Assembly (NCBI GenBank): GCA_031263105.1
Contig: JAISGJ010000142.1
Location: 1 to 40,631 of the forward strand
Source of the DNA: Coriobacteriales bacterium
GTDB taxonomy: Bacteria > Actinomycetota > Coriobacteriia > Coriobacteriales > UBA8131
Direction: 5' to 3'
DNA: 40,631 nucleotides
Part shown: piece by piece, positions 9,783-17,738 of the stretch
Layout of the letters: each line of letters opens with the position of its first letter
How positions within the stretch are numbered: position 1 is the first letter of the stretch
Made by a program: the position numbers and the translations under genes
The notes under the pieces: generated by a model
The model's input: the letters and a program-made list of their open reading frames with translations, nothing else
The model's database searches: none
What the model was told of the DNA's origin: nothing

Positions 9783-10165
9783 CCCGGCCCCCTTTCCCGG
9801 ATTTTTTTCCGTCGCGCATAAAATTTGAGCTCCAGCGCCGGTGCCACGTGGGCAAACGTTCCCGCGCCGCAGGGGGGGCATACGCCCCCGTCCGCGCCGA
9901 AGGCGACGGGCGCGCGCGCGCAGGCGAGCGCGCCCCCGGGCGCGTGCTGCTCCGCATGGCAGCGGCGGCACAGGAGCTGGAGGTTGTCCCATGAGAGGGT
10001 GACGGACGCGTCGTGGATGTTGTTTGGCGTGAGGCGGCGGACGTGGTGGACGACGTCTGCGGGCGACAGGCACAGCTCGCAGAGGCGGTGCCTGCTTGCG
10101 GCATACGCCTCGCGCGTGCGCCGCCACGCGGCGGACGAGTAGAACTTCTCTGCGAACGGCCTCAT
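9779..10165 (-). CDS. Terminase-associated HNH endonuclease
   Basis: FYSSAAWRRTR...LCELC...VVHH...NLQLLCRRCHAEQH; upstream of TerS as in cos phages. Confidence 0.92.
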   Translation of the reverse strand: MRPFAEKFYSSAAWRRTREAYAASRHRLCELCLSPADVVHHVRRLTPNNIHDASVTLSWDNLQLLCRRCHAEQHAPGGALACARAPVAFGADGGVCPPCGAGTFAHVAPALELKFYARRKKIRERGPG

Positions 10166-10178
10166 GCCCGGGATTGTA
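10163..10178 (-). promoter_or_regulatory. Putative leaderless late promoter (-10 TACAAT, 7 nt before the HNH ATG)
   Basis: Reverse strand GG-TACAAT-CCCGGGC-ATG; no Shine-Dalgarno between the -10 and the ATG. Confidence 0.5.
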
Positions 10179-10187
10179 CCGGGGACG

Positions 10188-10592
10188 TTAACGCAGGTCA
10201 GGCCCCCTTCGCGCCGCCGACGCCTGCGCGGAGAGCGAGCGTTCCCTGCGGCGCAGCCCCGCCACCAGCAGCGCCTCCTCGGCCTGCGCTATGCGGCGCC
10301 TGAGATGGCACGCCTCGCACAGCTCCCGGGCCGCCGCCTCCCTGGACGCAGTGTGGACAGGAGCGTTCCCGCACTCGACGCACAGGCCGGGCGCTGCGGG
10401 CGGGCGCGTCGACAGCGATATTGCGCGGCGGGAGGCGAAGGCCTTGACGGCGCCCACGGAGACCCCGAGGCGTGCCGCCAGCGCCCTCGCCCCGTCCCGC
10501 GCGTGCTTCCTGACGTAGGTCTCCTCCGCCTCGCTCCACCTGTGTTTTTTAACGGTTCGGTTACAAATAGGGCGTTTGTAACTTAGTTGCAT
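10188..10592 (-). CDS. HTH/SANT-like protein with C-terminal Zn finger; candidate late transcription regulator
   Basis: HRWSEAEETYVRKH...LAARLGVSVGAVK plus CVEC...LCEACH; last gene of the early operon. Confidence 0.6.
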   Translation of the reverse strand: MQLSYKRPICNRTVKKHRWSEAEETYVRKHARDGARALAARLGVSVGAVKAFASRRAISLSTRPPAAPGLCVECGNAPVHTASREAAARELCEACHLRRRIAQAEEALLVAGLRRRERSLSAQASAARRGPDLR

Positions 10593-10603
10593 GGCCGCGC
10601 CCC

Positions 10604-10834
10604 TTAGAGGACGAGGAGGAGGAGGAGGAGCGGCACCAGGAGGAACGGGAGCAGGACGACGCCGACGGCGATCAGCACGCCCGCGACGATCGCCGCCCAC
10701 AGGGACACGTTCACGAGCGACAGGGCCACCACCTTCGCCCACGCCCACGACGCCTCAAGGAGCACGCGCAGCCGCCCCTTGGCCTTGGCCGCGCCTCCGT
10801 CCGGCCTCGCACCGTCGCCCTCAGCCGCATCCAT
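10604..10834 (-). CDS. Small membrane protein
   Basis: MDAAEG...WAWAKVVALSLVNVSLWAAIVAGVLIAVGVVLLPFLLVPLLLLLLVL; very hydrophobic C-terminus. Confidence 0.5.
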   Translation of the reverse strand: MDAAEGDGARPDGGAAKAKGRLRVLLEASWAWAKVVALSLVNVSLWAAIVAGVLIAVGVVLLPFLLVPLLLLLLVL

Positions 10835-10913
10835 CCCTCTCACCGCCTTTCCTCGATGCCTCGGATGATAGCGTATCCCCGCCCTTGGGTAAACCCCTCC
10901 GCCCGTCGCACCG

Positions 10914-11522
10914 TCACCGCCCGTCCCGCCCCTCGCCCCGCAGCGCGTCAAGGTCGCCCGAGTGCATATCCGCCACCCTGATTGGTTCCCAGTCCTCGCA
11001 TCCGCTGTACGCCAACTGCGTGGGAGCCCTCCGCTTCAGGCAGCGCGGCTCCCAGTTGTCGTGGCCCAAATGCCAGTGCTCGCAGAACCAGCCGCAGTCG
11101 CCGCACACTCTGTCCTCGTCCTCGCTCATGCCCGAGTGGTCGCCCTCCGTCCCCGGCCCGTACACGACCGGCACCCCGTACAGCAGCGCCGCCATGTGCT
11201 CGACGCGGCAGCCGTCGGCGGACTCCCACCCGCCGAGGAACACGGCCACGTCGGCCCTGCTCATCACCTGGATCGAGTGGCCGAGGTAGTACAGCGCCCT
11301 CCCGTCGCCGTTGTCGGCGAACTCCGTGCAGATGCTGTCGACGGCCTCGTAGCCCCATGTCTCCCTGACGTGCTCGGCGTGCGCCGCCCACTGCGCCCGC
11401 ACCTCGTCATAGCTCGCCCCCCGCATCGGGAACGACAGGAACGCCCGCTTGCCGGTCCTCTCTGTCATCGCTGTCTCCTCTCTCGTCGTCTCCCCGGTCA
11501 TGCCCGTCTCCTCTCGCCTCAC
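10914..11522 (-). CDS. DUF4406-like (nucleoside deoxyribosyltransferase-fold) protein with Cys-rich C-terminal extension
   Basis: AFLSFPMRG...YLGHSIQVMSRADVAVFLGGWESADGCRVEH...YGVPV; then CGDCGWFC...C...C. Confidence 0.75.
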   Translation of the reverse strand: MRREETGMTGETTREETAMTERTGKRAFLSFPMRGASYDEVRAQWAAHAEHVRETWGYEAVDSICTEFADNGDGRALYYLGHSIQVMSRADVAVFLGGWESADGCRVEHMAALLYGVPVVYGPGTEGDHSGMSEDEDRVCGDCGWFCEHWHLGHDNWEPRCLKRRAPTQLAYSGCEDWEPIRVADMHSGDLDALRGEGRDGR

Positions 11523-12034
11523 AGCGCCATCGCCTCCTGCACGTGCTCACGTCGCCTCGACACCCCGGCCATGAGGCACAGCCAGTGCGTCGTGCCCTTG
11601 CGCCCGGAGCGCGTCCCGAACAGCGGCTCCCACTCGATGGCGGCGAGCAGCTGCGGGAGCGTCACGTGGCACTCCGACCACTTGACGACGAGCACGCCCT
11701 CGTGCCTGAGCACCCTCATGCACTCCCTCACGCCCCGCCTCACCTCGTCCTCCCACCTCTCGGGCAGCACCCCGTACTTGGCCCGGAGGTACCCCGAGCC
11801 CGCCCGCAGCAGGTGCGGCGGGTCGAACACCGCGAGCGCGAACGCGCCGTCCTCGAAGGGCAACGTCTTGAAGTCGCACACCACGTCCGGGGCGACGGAG
11901 ACCTCGCGCTCGACGCCCCTGTCCATGACGCGCCACGTGCCCTCCCGCGCGTCGCAGTAGACGGCGTGGGGGTTGCGCTTGTCGAACCACATCATGCGCG
12001 ACCCGCAGCAGGCGTCCAGCACCGGCGCGGTCAC
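11519..12034 (-). CDS. Phage SAM-dependent (DNA amino-type) methyltransferase
   Basis: GTG start; VLDACCGSRMMWFDK, DFKTLPF, VFDPPHL, RVLRHEGVLVVKW. Confidence 0.88.
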   Translation of the reverse strand: MTAPVLDACCGSRMMWFDKRNPHAVYCDAREGTWRVMDRGVEREVSVAPDVVCDFKTLPFEDGAFALAVFDPPHLLRAGSGYLRAKYGVLPERWEDEVRRGVRECMRVLRHEGVLVVKWSECHVTLPQLLAAIEWEPLFGTRSGRKGTTHWLCLMAGVSRRREHVQEAMAL

Positions 12035-12486
12035 GACGGCACCCCCGCCAGCGCCCGGGCCCGCCTGAAGACCTCGCGGACGGTCTCGGACGCGTGCGAC
12101 GGCGACCTTGGCTCCCACTCGCCGAGGCCAGCGACGAACCCCTCCAGGGCCTCCCAGGAGTCGGGCGCGGACGGGGTGCGCAGGACGCAGGCGCGGACGG
12201 TCGCGGGGAACCCCCCGAAGGAGACCCAGCACCAGTTCCCGCACACCGCAAGCAGGGTGCCGCGCCCGCCCTCGCCCCCGTCGCCGTGCTCCACCGCGTC
12301 GCCCGGCCTCGCCCCGCTGCCGTCCCCGAGGGCGACGGGGCCGGGGTCGAAGGCGCCCTCCAGCTCGCACTCCCGGGAATCTTCGGCGCACATGTCATAG
12401 CCTCTGCCGACGTCGTTGTGCACCTCTGCGGCCGTCTTCCTGTCGATCCATTCGTCGACCCTGTCCCTGTCCAGATAGCCCGCCAT
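12031..12486 (-). CDS. Hypothetical phage protein
   Basis: Coupled ORF in the early operon (GTGA overlap with the methyltransferase). Confidence 0.65.
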   Translation of the reverse strand: MAGYLDRDRVDEWIDRKTAAEVHNDVGRGYDMCAEDSRECELEGAFDPGPVALGDGSGARPGDAVEHGDGGEGGRGTLLAVCGNWCWVSFGGFPATVRACVLRTPSAPDSWEALEGFVAGLGEWEPRSPSHASETVREVFRRARALAGVPS

Positions 12487-12487
12487 G

Positions 12488-12994
12488 TCACTCTCCCGTC
12501 TCGTCGTCGGTCGCGTCGTCCGGAAGCCCCAGGTCGCCCGCCCTGTGCGACTGGCGCGCGTAGGGCAGCAGCGCCCCGCGCAGCCCGTCGAAGCGCGGGT
12601 CGTCGCACTCGAGCGCCCAGACGTGCGCCGAGAGCTGCGCCGCGAACCCGAACGACACCTTGGCGCCCCTGGAGCCGCACCACAGCGGCCAGGACGAGTA
12701 GTCGAGGTCGGCCCGGCTCAGGTCGGCTTCGCTCAGGTCGGCTTCGCGCAGGTCGGCCCCGCTCAGGTCGGCTTCGCGCAGGACGGCGCGGCTCAGGTCG
12801 GCTTCGCGCAGGTCGGCCCCGCTCAGGTCGGCCCGGCGCAGGACGGCCCGGCGCAGGTCGGCCCGGCGCAGGTCGGCTTCGCGCAGGTCGGCGCGGCTCA
12901 GGTCGGCGCGCTCGCCCTCCTCGCCGCCGGTCCCGAGCCACAGCGCGTGGGCGGCGAGCGCGCCGCGCAGGGCGCCGGGGGTGTGCCCGGTCAT
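12488..12994 (-). CDS. Pentapeptide repeat protein
   Basis: About 14 A(D/V)LXX repeats between HALWL...GERADL and DYSSWPLWCGS; 15-bp tandem repeats at ~12705-12910. Confidence 0.9.
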   Translation of the reverse strand: MTGHTPGALRGALAAHALWLGTGGEEGERADLSRADLREADLRRADLRRAVLRRADLSGADLREADLSRAVLREADLSGADLREADLSEADLSRADLDYSSWPLWCGSRGAKVSFGFAAQLSAHVWALECDDPRFDGLRGALLPYARQSHRAGDLGLPDDATDDETGE

Positions 12995-13128
12995 GTCGTC
13001 AACCTCGTTTCCTGCCGCGCCCTCATCGCCGTCTCCTCTCCTGATGGGCAAAAACCCGTAATTACACCTTTAAGGAACGCGACGCCGCCTGCCTGCGGGA
13101 ACGCGCCGGGCGTTTCCGCGCCCCTCAT
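12991..13128 (-). CDS. Short linker ORF (45 aa)
   Basis: MRGAETPGAF...ETRLTT*; ATGA overlaps at both ends. Confidence 0.35.
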   Translation of the reverse strand: MRGAETPGAFPQAGGVAFLKGVITGFCPSGEETAMRARQETRLTT

Positions 13129-13727
13129 GGCCCCTCCCCGCCCCTCGCGCCGCCCTTCCGCGCCGCATCGGCCCGCCGCCCGGCCGCCGCCGCCGCGACC
13201 GCCAGGGCCGCGCACGCCCTGCCCGCCTCGCCCGCCCCGTGCAGGCCGAGCTTGGCCATGGCCGCGTGCTCGGCCCCGGTCGTCAGCATGAGGTTGCCCA
13301 GCGCGACGTTGGACCTGTCGCCGTCCTTGAACACGACGTTGCAGCCCTCCGGGACGGGGCCGTTGGCCTCCTCCCACACGAGGCGGTGCGCCTGGCGCCA
13401 GCCGAGGCGCGACAGCCCCGGCCCCTCGGAGGCCGCGACCTTGCGCCACAGGTAGCCGTCCCGCCGCGCCTCGGAGCCGAGCGGGAGGCTGTTGTGCGGG
13501 ACGTTCCCGGCCCTGAAGCGCCCCCGGTTCGCCGGGCTCCCCGGTGGCGCGCCCCTGACGCCGGACAGGACGCGCCAGCGGGCGGCGAAGTCCTTGACCT
13601 GCGCCGGCGTGATCGGCCTCCCGAACCTCTCCTCGAAGGCGGCGCAGACCTCGGCCCTCCAGCGCCCGGGGATCGCCCCGCGCAGGAAGGCGCGCTCCTC
13701 CTCCGTCCACCTGCGGGCGCGGCTCAC
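13125..13727 (-). CDS. HNH endonuclease (HNH_3 type)
   Basis: WTEEERAFL...GRFRAGNVPHN...WRQAHRLVWEEANGPVPEG...FKDGDRSNVALGNL. Confidence 0.88.
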   Translation of the reverse strand: MSRARRWTEEERAFLRGAIPGRWRAEVCAAFEERFGRPITPAQVKDFAARWRVLSGVRGAPPGSPANRGRFRAGNVPHNSLPLGSEARRDGYLWRKVAASEGPGLSRLGWRQAHRLVWEEANGPVPEGCNVVFKDGDRSNVALGNLMLTTGAEHAAMAKLGLHGAGEAGRACAALAVAAAAAGRRADAARKGGARGGEGP

Positions 13728-13966
13728 CTGCCGCCCCCGTCCAGCATCGGCGGCAGGGCGAGGTCGGCCCCCAGCGCCTCGTCCTTGAGCCTCGTCGCCG
13801 CAAGGGCGAGGTTGCCGTTGGCGATCACCTGCGACGCGACCCCCGTCACCGCCCTGGCGCGGCGTATCTCGGCGTCGAGCTCCTCGCCCTCCAGCGACTC
13901 GTCGTTGATCCTCTCCAGCGCCTCGAACAGGTGGTTGTTGAGGTCGCCCAGCGTGTTCCTCGTCAT
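13724..13966 (-). CDS. Conserved small phage protein
   Basis: MTRNTLGDLNNHLFEALERINDE...EIRRARAV...QVIANGNLAL; commonly found upstream of HNH_3 genes. Confidence 0.8.
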   Translation of the reverse strand: MTRNTLGDLNNHLFEALERINDESLEGEELDAEIRRARAVTGVASQVIANGNLALAATRLKDEALGADLALPPMLDGGGR

Positions 13967-14178
13967 CTCCCGTCCTTCCTTTCGCACGTTCCCCGCCCTC
14001 GCCCCGCGAGGGGCCTCATCATATCGGCGGTCGTGTTGCGAAACACAGAGCCGCACAGGAGCGTCCAGCCGCCCGGCACGGCCCTCGTCACCACGCCCGC
14101 CTCCCAGCGCCCCCGAGGGCGGCGCTGCACCTCCACGGCGTCGCCCGGCGCGTAGGCCGGCGCACGTCCCATGCCCAT
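13963..14178 (-). CDS. Small hypothetical protein (possible SH3/Tudor-like beta fold)
   Basis: YAPGDAVEV...GRWEAGVVTR; coupled at both ends. Confidence 0.5.
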   Translation of the reverse strand: MGMGRAPAYAPGDAVEVQRRPRGRWEAGVVTRAVPGGWTLLCGSVFRNTTADMMRPLAGRGRGTCERKDGR

Positions 14179-14900
14179 CACCCGGCCTTGCCGCGCAGGC
14201 GGGCGATGAGCGTGCCGAGGCCCTGCGGGGCGCCCGCGCGCGCGCCGTCGTCCGGTGCGCCGTCGCAGAGGACGGCGCTGTCCTGTGCTGTGCCGGGCGC
14301 GGCCCGTGGAGAACCCGCCCCGCACTGTCCCGAGAAAGAAAGACTCATAGGTGAGTCTTTCTCTTCCTTCTTTCCTTCTTTGGCATGAGCACTCACTGAG
14401 GACTCACTGAGCGCCCCCCGGGCGCCGGGGTTTTCCACAGGCGGCGGGGACGCCTTCCCGCCGTCGGCCATTATGCCGTCCGAAGGATGCTCACTGAGTG
14501 CTCCGTGAGTGCCCGGTGAGTCCTCACGGAGCCTGTCCGCGAGCCTCCTGAACCCGCCGGGCAGCCTCTTCCCCGGCGTGCCGCTCCTCTTGCCCGAGGG
14601 GCGGTTGACCTTCTGGTAGTTCAGGAACTTCGGGATGACCCCGAGGACGCCGTCCGGGGAGTCGTGCGCGACGATGCAGCCGACGGCCTCCAGCTCGGCG
14701 AGGTGCGCGGCGACGTCGGCGGCCGTCACGTCGTCGCCGTCGAAGTACAGCGCGCGGCGCATCCTCCCCGGCTGCGCCTTGAACACGCCCACGTCGTCGG
14801 ACATCTGCCACAGCCCGACGAACGTCAGCCTTGCGGCGACCGAGACGCGCCCCAGGCTCTCGGACTCCCAGAACTCCTCGCTGACCACCCGCTTCCTCAC
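14178..14900 (-). CDS. Phage replication initiator protein
   Basis: GTG start; RKRVVSEEFWESESLGRVSVAARLTFVGLWQMSDDVG...IPKFLNYQKVNRPS; iterons in the 3' half. Confidence 0.75.
   Translation of the reverse strand: MRKRVVSEEFWESESLGRVSVAARLTFVGLWQMSDDVGVFKAQPGRMRRALYFDGDDVTAADVAAHLAELEAVGCIVAHDSPDGVLGVIPKFLNYQKVNRPSGKRSGTPGKRLPGGFRRLADRLREDSPGTHGALSEHPSDGIMADGGKASPPPVENPGARGALSESSVSAHAKEGKKEEKDSPMSLSFSGQCGAGSPRAAPGTAQDSAVLCDGAPDDGARAGAPQGLGTLIARLRGKAG
14337..14531. other. Putative phage replication origin (iterons, DnaA box, inverted repeat)
   Basis: CTCACTGAG-like 9-mers at 14392, 14403, 14490, 14501, 14512 and 14523 (11-bp phasing); TTTTCCACA at 14431-14439; 11-bp inverted repeat 14337-14362. 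Confidence 0.7.
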
Positions 14901-15916
14901 GCCTGCCCCCAACCCAGCCGGGACACGGCCTCGGCCTTGCTCCGCTCGTCGGGGTGCAGGTATATGTTGGCGGTCGTGGACACGTTCGAGTGCCCGAGTA
15001 TGTCCGCGATCGTCTTTATGTCGACGCCCTCCTCCAGAAGCAGGGTCCCGCAGGTGTGCCTGAGGCCGTGGAAGCTCAGCTCCGGGTGCCCGCAGGCGGC
15101 GATGAACCGCTTGAACCACACGCCGTAGCCGCGCTTGCAGGGGACGTCGGCGCGCGTCCTGCCCCCGGGTATCAGCCAGCCCTCCGGCGCGAGCCTCTCC
15201 AGCAGCGCGGCGTGCTCGGGCGGCAGCGGCACGGAGCGCCGCGAGGCCCTGCTCTTGGTCGGCCCCGCGTCGGTCACCCAGCCCGTTCCCCCCTTGCCCC
15301 TGTAGGTGCGCACCCCGCGCTCGACGCGGACCGTGCCCCCCTTGAAGTCGAAGTCGGCCCTGCGCACGCCGCAGACCTCGCCGATGCGCAGCCCCGCGAG
15401 CCCCAGCAGGCAGCCCAGGGCGTAGCGGCGGGCGCTCTGCGCGTGGGCGGCGCAGACGGGCCCCTCGGAGCCGTCGAAGGGCGCCTCCGGGTGCTCCGCC
15501 GTGCGGACGGCGGCGGCGAGGACGGCCTCGGCGCCCTCGCGGTCGAGGCACTTGGGGACGCGGGGCGCGTCGTGGTCGCGGCAGCGGGGCATCTTGAAGC
15601 GGTACACGGCGGGGGCCGTGTAGCCGACCGAGGCCCCGTAGCGGTGGATGCTCGCCATCACGAAGGCCGTGCGCCGAAGCGTCGACGTGGCGTAGCCCAC
15701 GGGCTCCCCCCTCCTGCGCTTGCGGTGGCGCTGCTCGGCGACCGCGTATATCCCGCGCTGCAGCGCGGCGTGGCCGACGTCGGCGACGTCCAGCCTCCCC
15801 ATCGCGGGGACGATGCGGCTCCGGACGTCGGCGCGGTACTGGTCGTAGGTGGTCGGGGACACGCTCGGGGCGGCGTGCCCGTCGAGCCACTCGTGGGCGA
15901 GCTCGGCGAAGGTCAT
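14897..15916 (-). CDS. Tyrosine recombinase/integrase family protein inside the early operon
   Basis: SAM-like N-domain (TFAELAHEWL...SPTTYDQY); GLRIGE, TKS, FHGLRHT, LGHSNVSTTANIY, giving the full R-K-H-R-H-Y set. Confidence 0.92.
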   Translation of the reverse strand: MTFAELAHEWLDGHAAPSVSPTTYDQYRADVRSRIVPAMGRLDVADVGHAALQRGIYAVAEQRHRKRRRGEPVGYATSTLRRTAFVMASIHRYGASVGYTAPAVYRFKMPRCRDHDAPRVPKCLDREGAEAVLAAAVRTAEHPEAPFDGSEGPVCAAHAQSARRYALGCLLGLAGLRIGEVCGVRRADFDFKGGTVRVERGVRTYRGKGGTGWVTDAGPTKSRASRRSVPLPPEHAALLERLAPEGWLIPGGRTRADVPCKRGYGVWFKRFIAACGHPELSFHGLRHTCGTLLLEEGVDIKTIADILGHSNVSTTANIYLHPDERSKAEAVSRLGWGQA

Positions 15917-16425
15917 TGCCAGTCCCCCCTCCCCAGCCACTGCCCGGCCCTCTGCGGCCAGTGCCTCGCGGTGAGGCACCCGGGCGGCACGGGGGGCAGG
16001 AGCAGCATGTCGACCGCCGAGCGGCGCACGTGGAGCTTGCGCCTGAGCGCGGGGTACAGCGCCCGGAGGTAGCGGGCCAGCGCGGGCCAGAGGTTGTGGT
16101 CGAGGAGGAACATGGCGGAGGACGCGGGGCTCCAGCCCATGCGCACCATGAGGGAGCGGACGTCGCCGCGCCAGATGCCGGGCACGGAGGGGTCGTCCAG
16201 CGCCCTGTGGAGCACGTCGGCCAGTATGCGGAAGCGGCCGGGGTCGGACACGATCCACCTGTGGGCGGCGTCCACGTAGATGCGGGCCTGCGCGGTGCCG
16301 GGCCCGGCGGCGAGGAGCTCGTCGATCGTCATCTGGCCGGGCGGCGGCCCCTGCGGGGGCGCCGCCGCCCTCGCGGCGCCGCCCGCCCTGTGCGCGTCCG
16401 GGCGGCGCGGGCCCCGCCGGCTCAT
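15913..16425 (-). CDS. Hypothetical phage protein
   Basis: Coupled ORF; DHNLWPALARYL...RRSAVD. Confidence 0.65.
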   Translation of the reverse strand: MSRRGPRRPDAHRAGGAARAAAPPQGPPPGQMTIDELLAAGPGTAQARIYVDAAHRWIVSDPGRFRILADVLHRALDDPSVPGIWRGDVRSLMVRMGWSPASSAMFLLDHNLWPALARYLRALYPALRRKLHVRRSAVDMLLLPPVPPGCLTARHWPQRAGQWLGRGDWQ

Positions 16426-16739
16426 GACGCGGCCCCCGGGCCGGGGACGCCCGCGACCCACTCGGGGACGGGCCGGCGGCACTCGCCGTCGCCGCAGGGC
16501 CCCGCGACGTAGACCGCGACGCCGTCCGGGCTCCCGGGCGCCGGCTCGACGACCGCGACGGAGGCGACGGGCGTGAGCATCGCGGTGCTGCGCGCCGCCC
16601 GCGCCGCCTCCCCGAGGTCGTCGTAGCCCCCCTCGAGGGCATGGGCGCGCCGCCGGGGCGCGCCGTCCTCGCCCTCCTCGTCGCGCACGACCCATATGCG
16701 CCAGCGCGGCGACCGCGCCGCGCCCTGCCTGTCATCCAT
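16422..16739 (-). CDS. Hypothetical phage protein
   Basis: AAGGAG RBS; ATGA overlap downstream. Confidence 0.6.
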   Translation of the reverse strand: MDDRQGAARSPRWRIWVVRDEEGEDGAPRRRAHALEGGYDDLGEAARAARSTAMLTPVASVAVVEPAPGSPDGVAVYVAGPCGDGECRRPVPEWVAGVPGPGAAS

Positions 16740-16769
16740 CCGGGACTCCTTCCTCTCCGTTTTCGCGCG

Positions 16770-16997
16770 TCACGCCGCCGGGCCGTGCGGCGCCGGGGCC
16801 GGGGCCGCACGGCCCGCCCCTTCCCGCACGGCTGCGACGGGCGGGGCGGACGTGTCCGTCGCCGCCGCTGCAGGGGCCTGGGGCGAGGGGCGGCTCCCGC
16901 AGGCCCCTGCAGCGACGAGGACGGAGGCCGTGAGCAGCGCCAGCGCCCACGCGAGGGCGCGCTCCCGGCGCGAGAGGGGCACGGGGACGCCGCTCAC
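16770..16997 (-). CDS. Small membrane protein or lipoprotein
   Basis: GTG coupled start; RRERALAWALALLTASVLVAAGAC, a lipobox-like ending. Confidence 0.45.
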   Translation of the reverse strand: MSGVPVPLSRRERALAWALALLTASVLVAAGACGSRPSPQAPAAAATDTSAPPVAAVREGAGRAAPAPAPHGPAA

Positions 16998-17200
16998 GCC
17001 CGCCGCCCCTCGCGCCGCGCGCCCCGCAGGGCCCTCGCGCGGTCGCGGGCGGCGTGGCGCGTGGCCCGCCTCCACCACTCGCGCTCGTGCGCCGCGCAGC
17101 AGAACACCGTGCGCCTGTCGGCCCCGTCCGTGACGGCGACCGCCCTCCCGCACTCGCGGCAGCCGAACGAGCGCAGGGGCACGGGCGCCGCGTCAGCCAT
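16994..17200 (-). CDS. Small Zn-finger protein
   Basis: FGCRECG...DRRTVFCCAAHEREWWR. Confidence 0.7.
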   Translation of the reverse strand: MADAAPVPLRSFGCRECGRAVAVTDGADRRTVFCCAAHEREWWRRATRHAARDRARALRGARREGRRA

Positions 17201-17738
17201 GGCTGCGCTCCCTCGTCGGCATGAACGCGAACACGCCCTGCAGGTCGCCCGGGCCCGGCAGCACCCTGACTATGGCCGTCGCCCCCGCGCCGAACGAGAG
17301 CGGCGGCGCGCCCCAGGCCGCCAGCCGGGCGGGCGCCCTCCCGGTGACCAGCTCCGCCAGCACCGCGTAGGACCGGGGGTCGAACGCCACGGACGGGAGC
17401 GCGCCCGCCTCCCTCGCGCACAGGTCGGCGACGAGCGCGTCGACGCTCGCGGCGAGGCCGCCTTCGGGCGGGCGATGCGGGAGCGCCAGGAGCGCGCCCT
17501 CCGTGAGGATCCTCTCCTCCATGGGCGTGCTCCCGAGCCTCGCGCAGGCGAGCCACCTCTCCAGATCGCGGCGCCCGACGTCCCTGTCGGCGACGCCGTC
17601 CCCGTCCATCTCGACGACCGCCAGCTTGTACCCGTCAGTGGCCATCAGGCGCCCGCCCCCCACCATCAGGCGCCCGAGCCTCTCGCCCGTGCCGACGACC
17701 TTGAGCAGCGCGGCGACCTGCCGCTTGCTGAGGATCAC
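17193..17738 (-). CDS. Protein resembling part of a DNA sliding (beta) clamp
   Basis: GTG start; LMATDGYKLAVV and C-terminal FAFMPTR echo DnaN motifs; only 181 aa. Confidence 0.5.
   Translation of the reverse strand: MILSKRQVAALLKVVGTGERLGRLMVGGGRLMATDGYKLAVVEMDGDGVADRDVGRRDLERWLACARLGSTPMEERILTEGALLALPHRPPEGGLAASVDALVADLCAREAGALPSVAFDPRSYAVLAELVTGRAPARLAAWGAPPLSFGAGATAIVRVLPGPGDLQGVFAFMPTRERSHG

Noticed and set aside
240..9994. Long plus-strand ORFs (888-2495, 4508-6280, 7844-9994, etc.)
   Set aside because: Antisense shadows of clear minus-strand phage genes in GC-rich DNA; no motifs or RBS.
12705..12910. 15-bp tandem repeats as a CRISPR or DGR element
   Set aside because: They encode pentapeptide repeats; no spacers, and no reverse transcriptase in the window.
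14897..16810. 637-aa extended integrase and 570-aa extended initiator from the ORF track
   Set aside because: The N-terminal extensions are Arg/Pro-rich alternative-frame read-through; coupled starts at 15916 and 14900 fit better.
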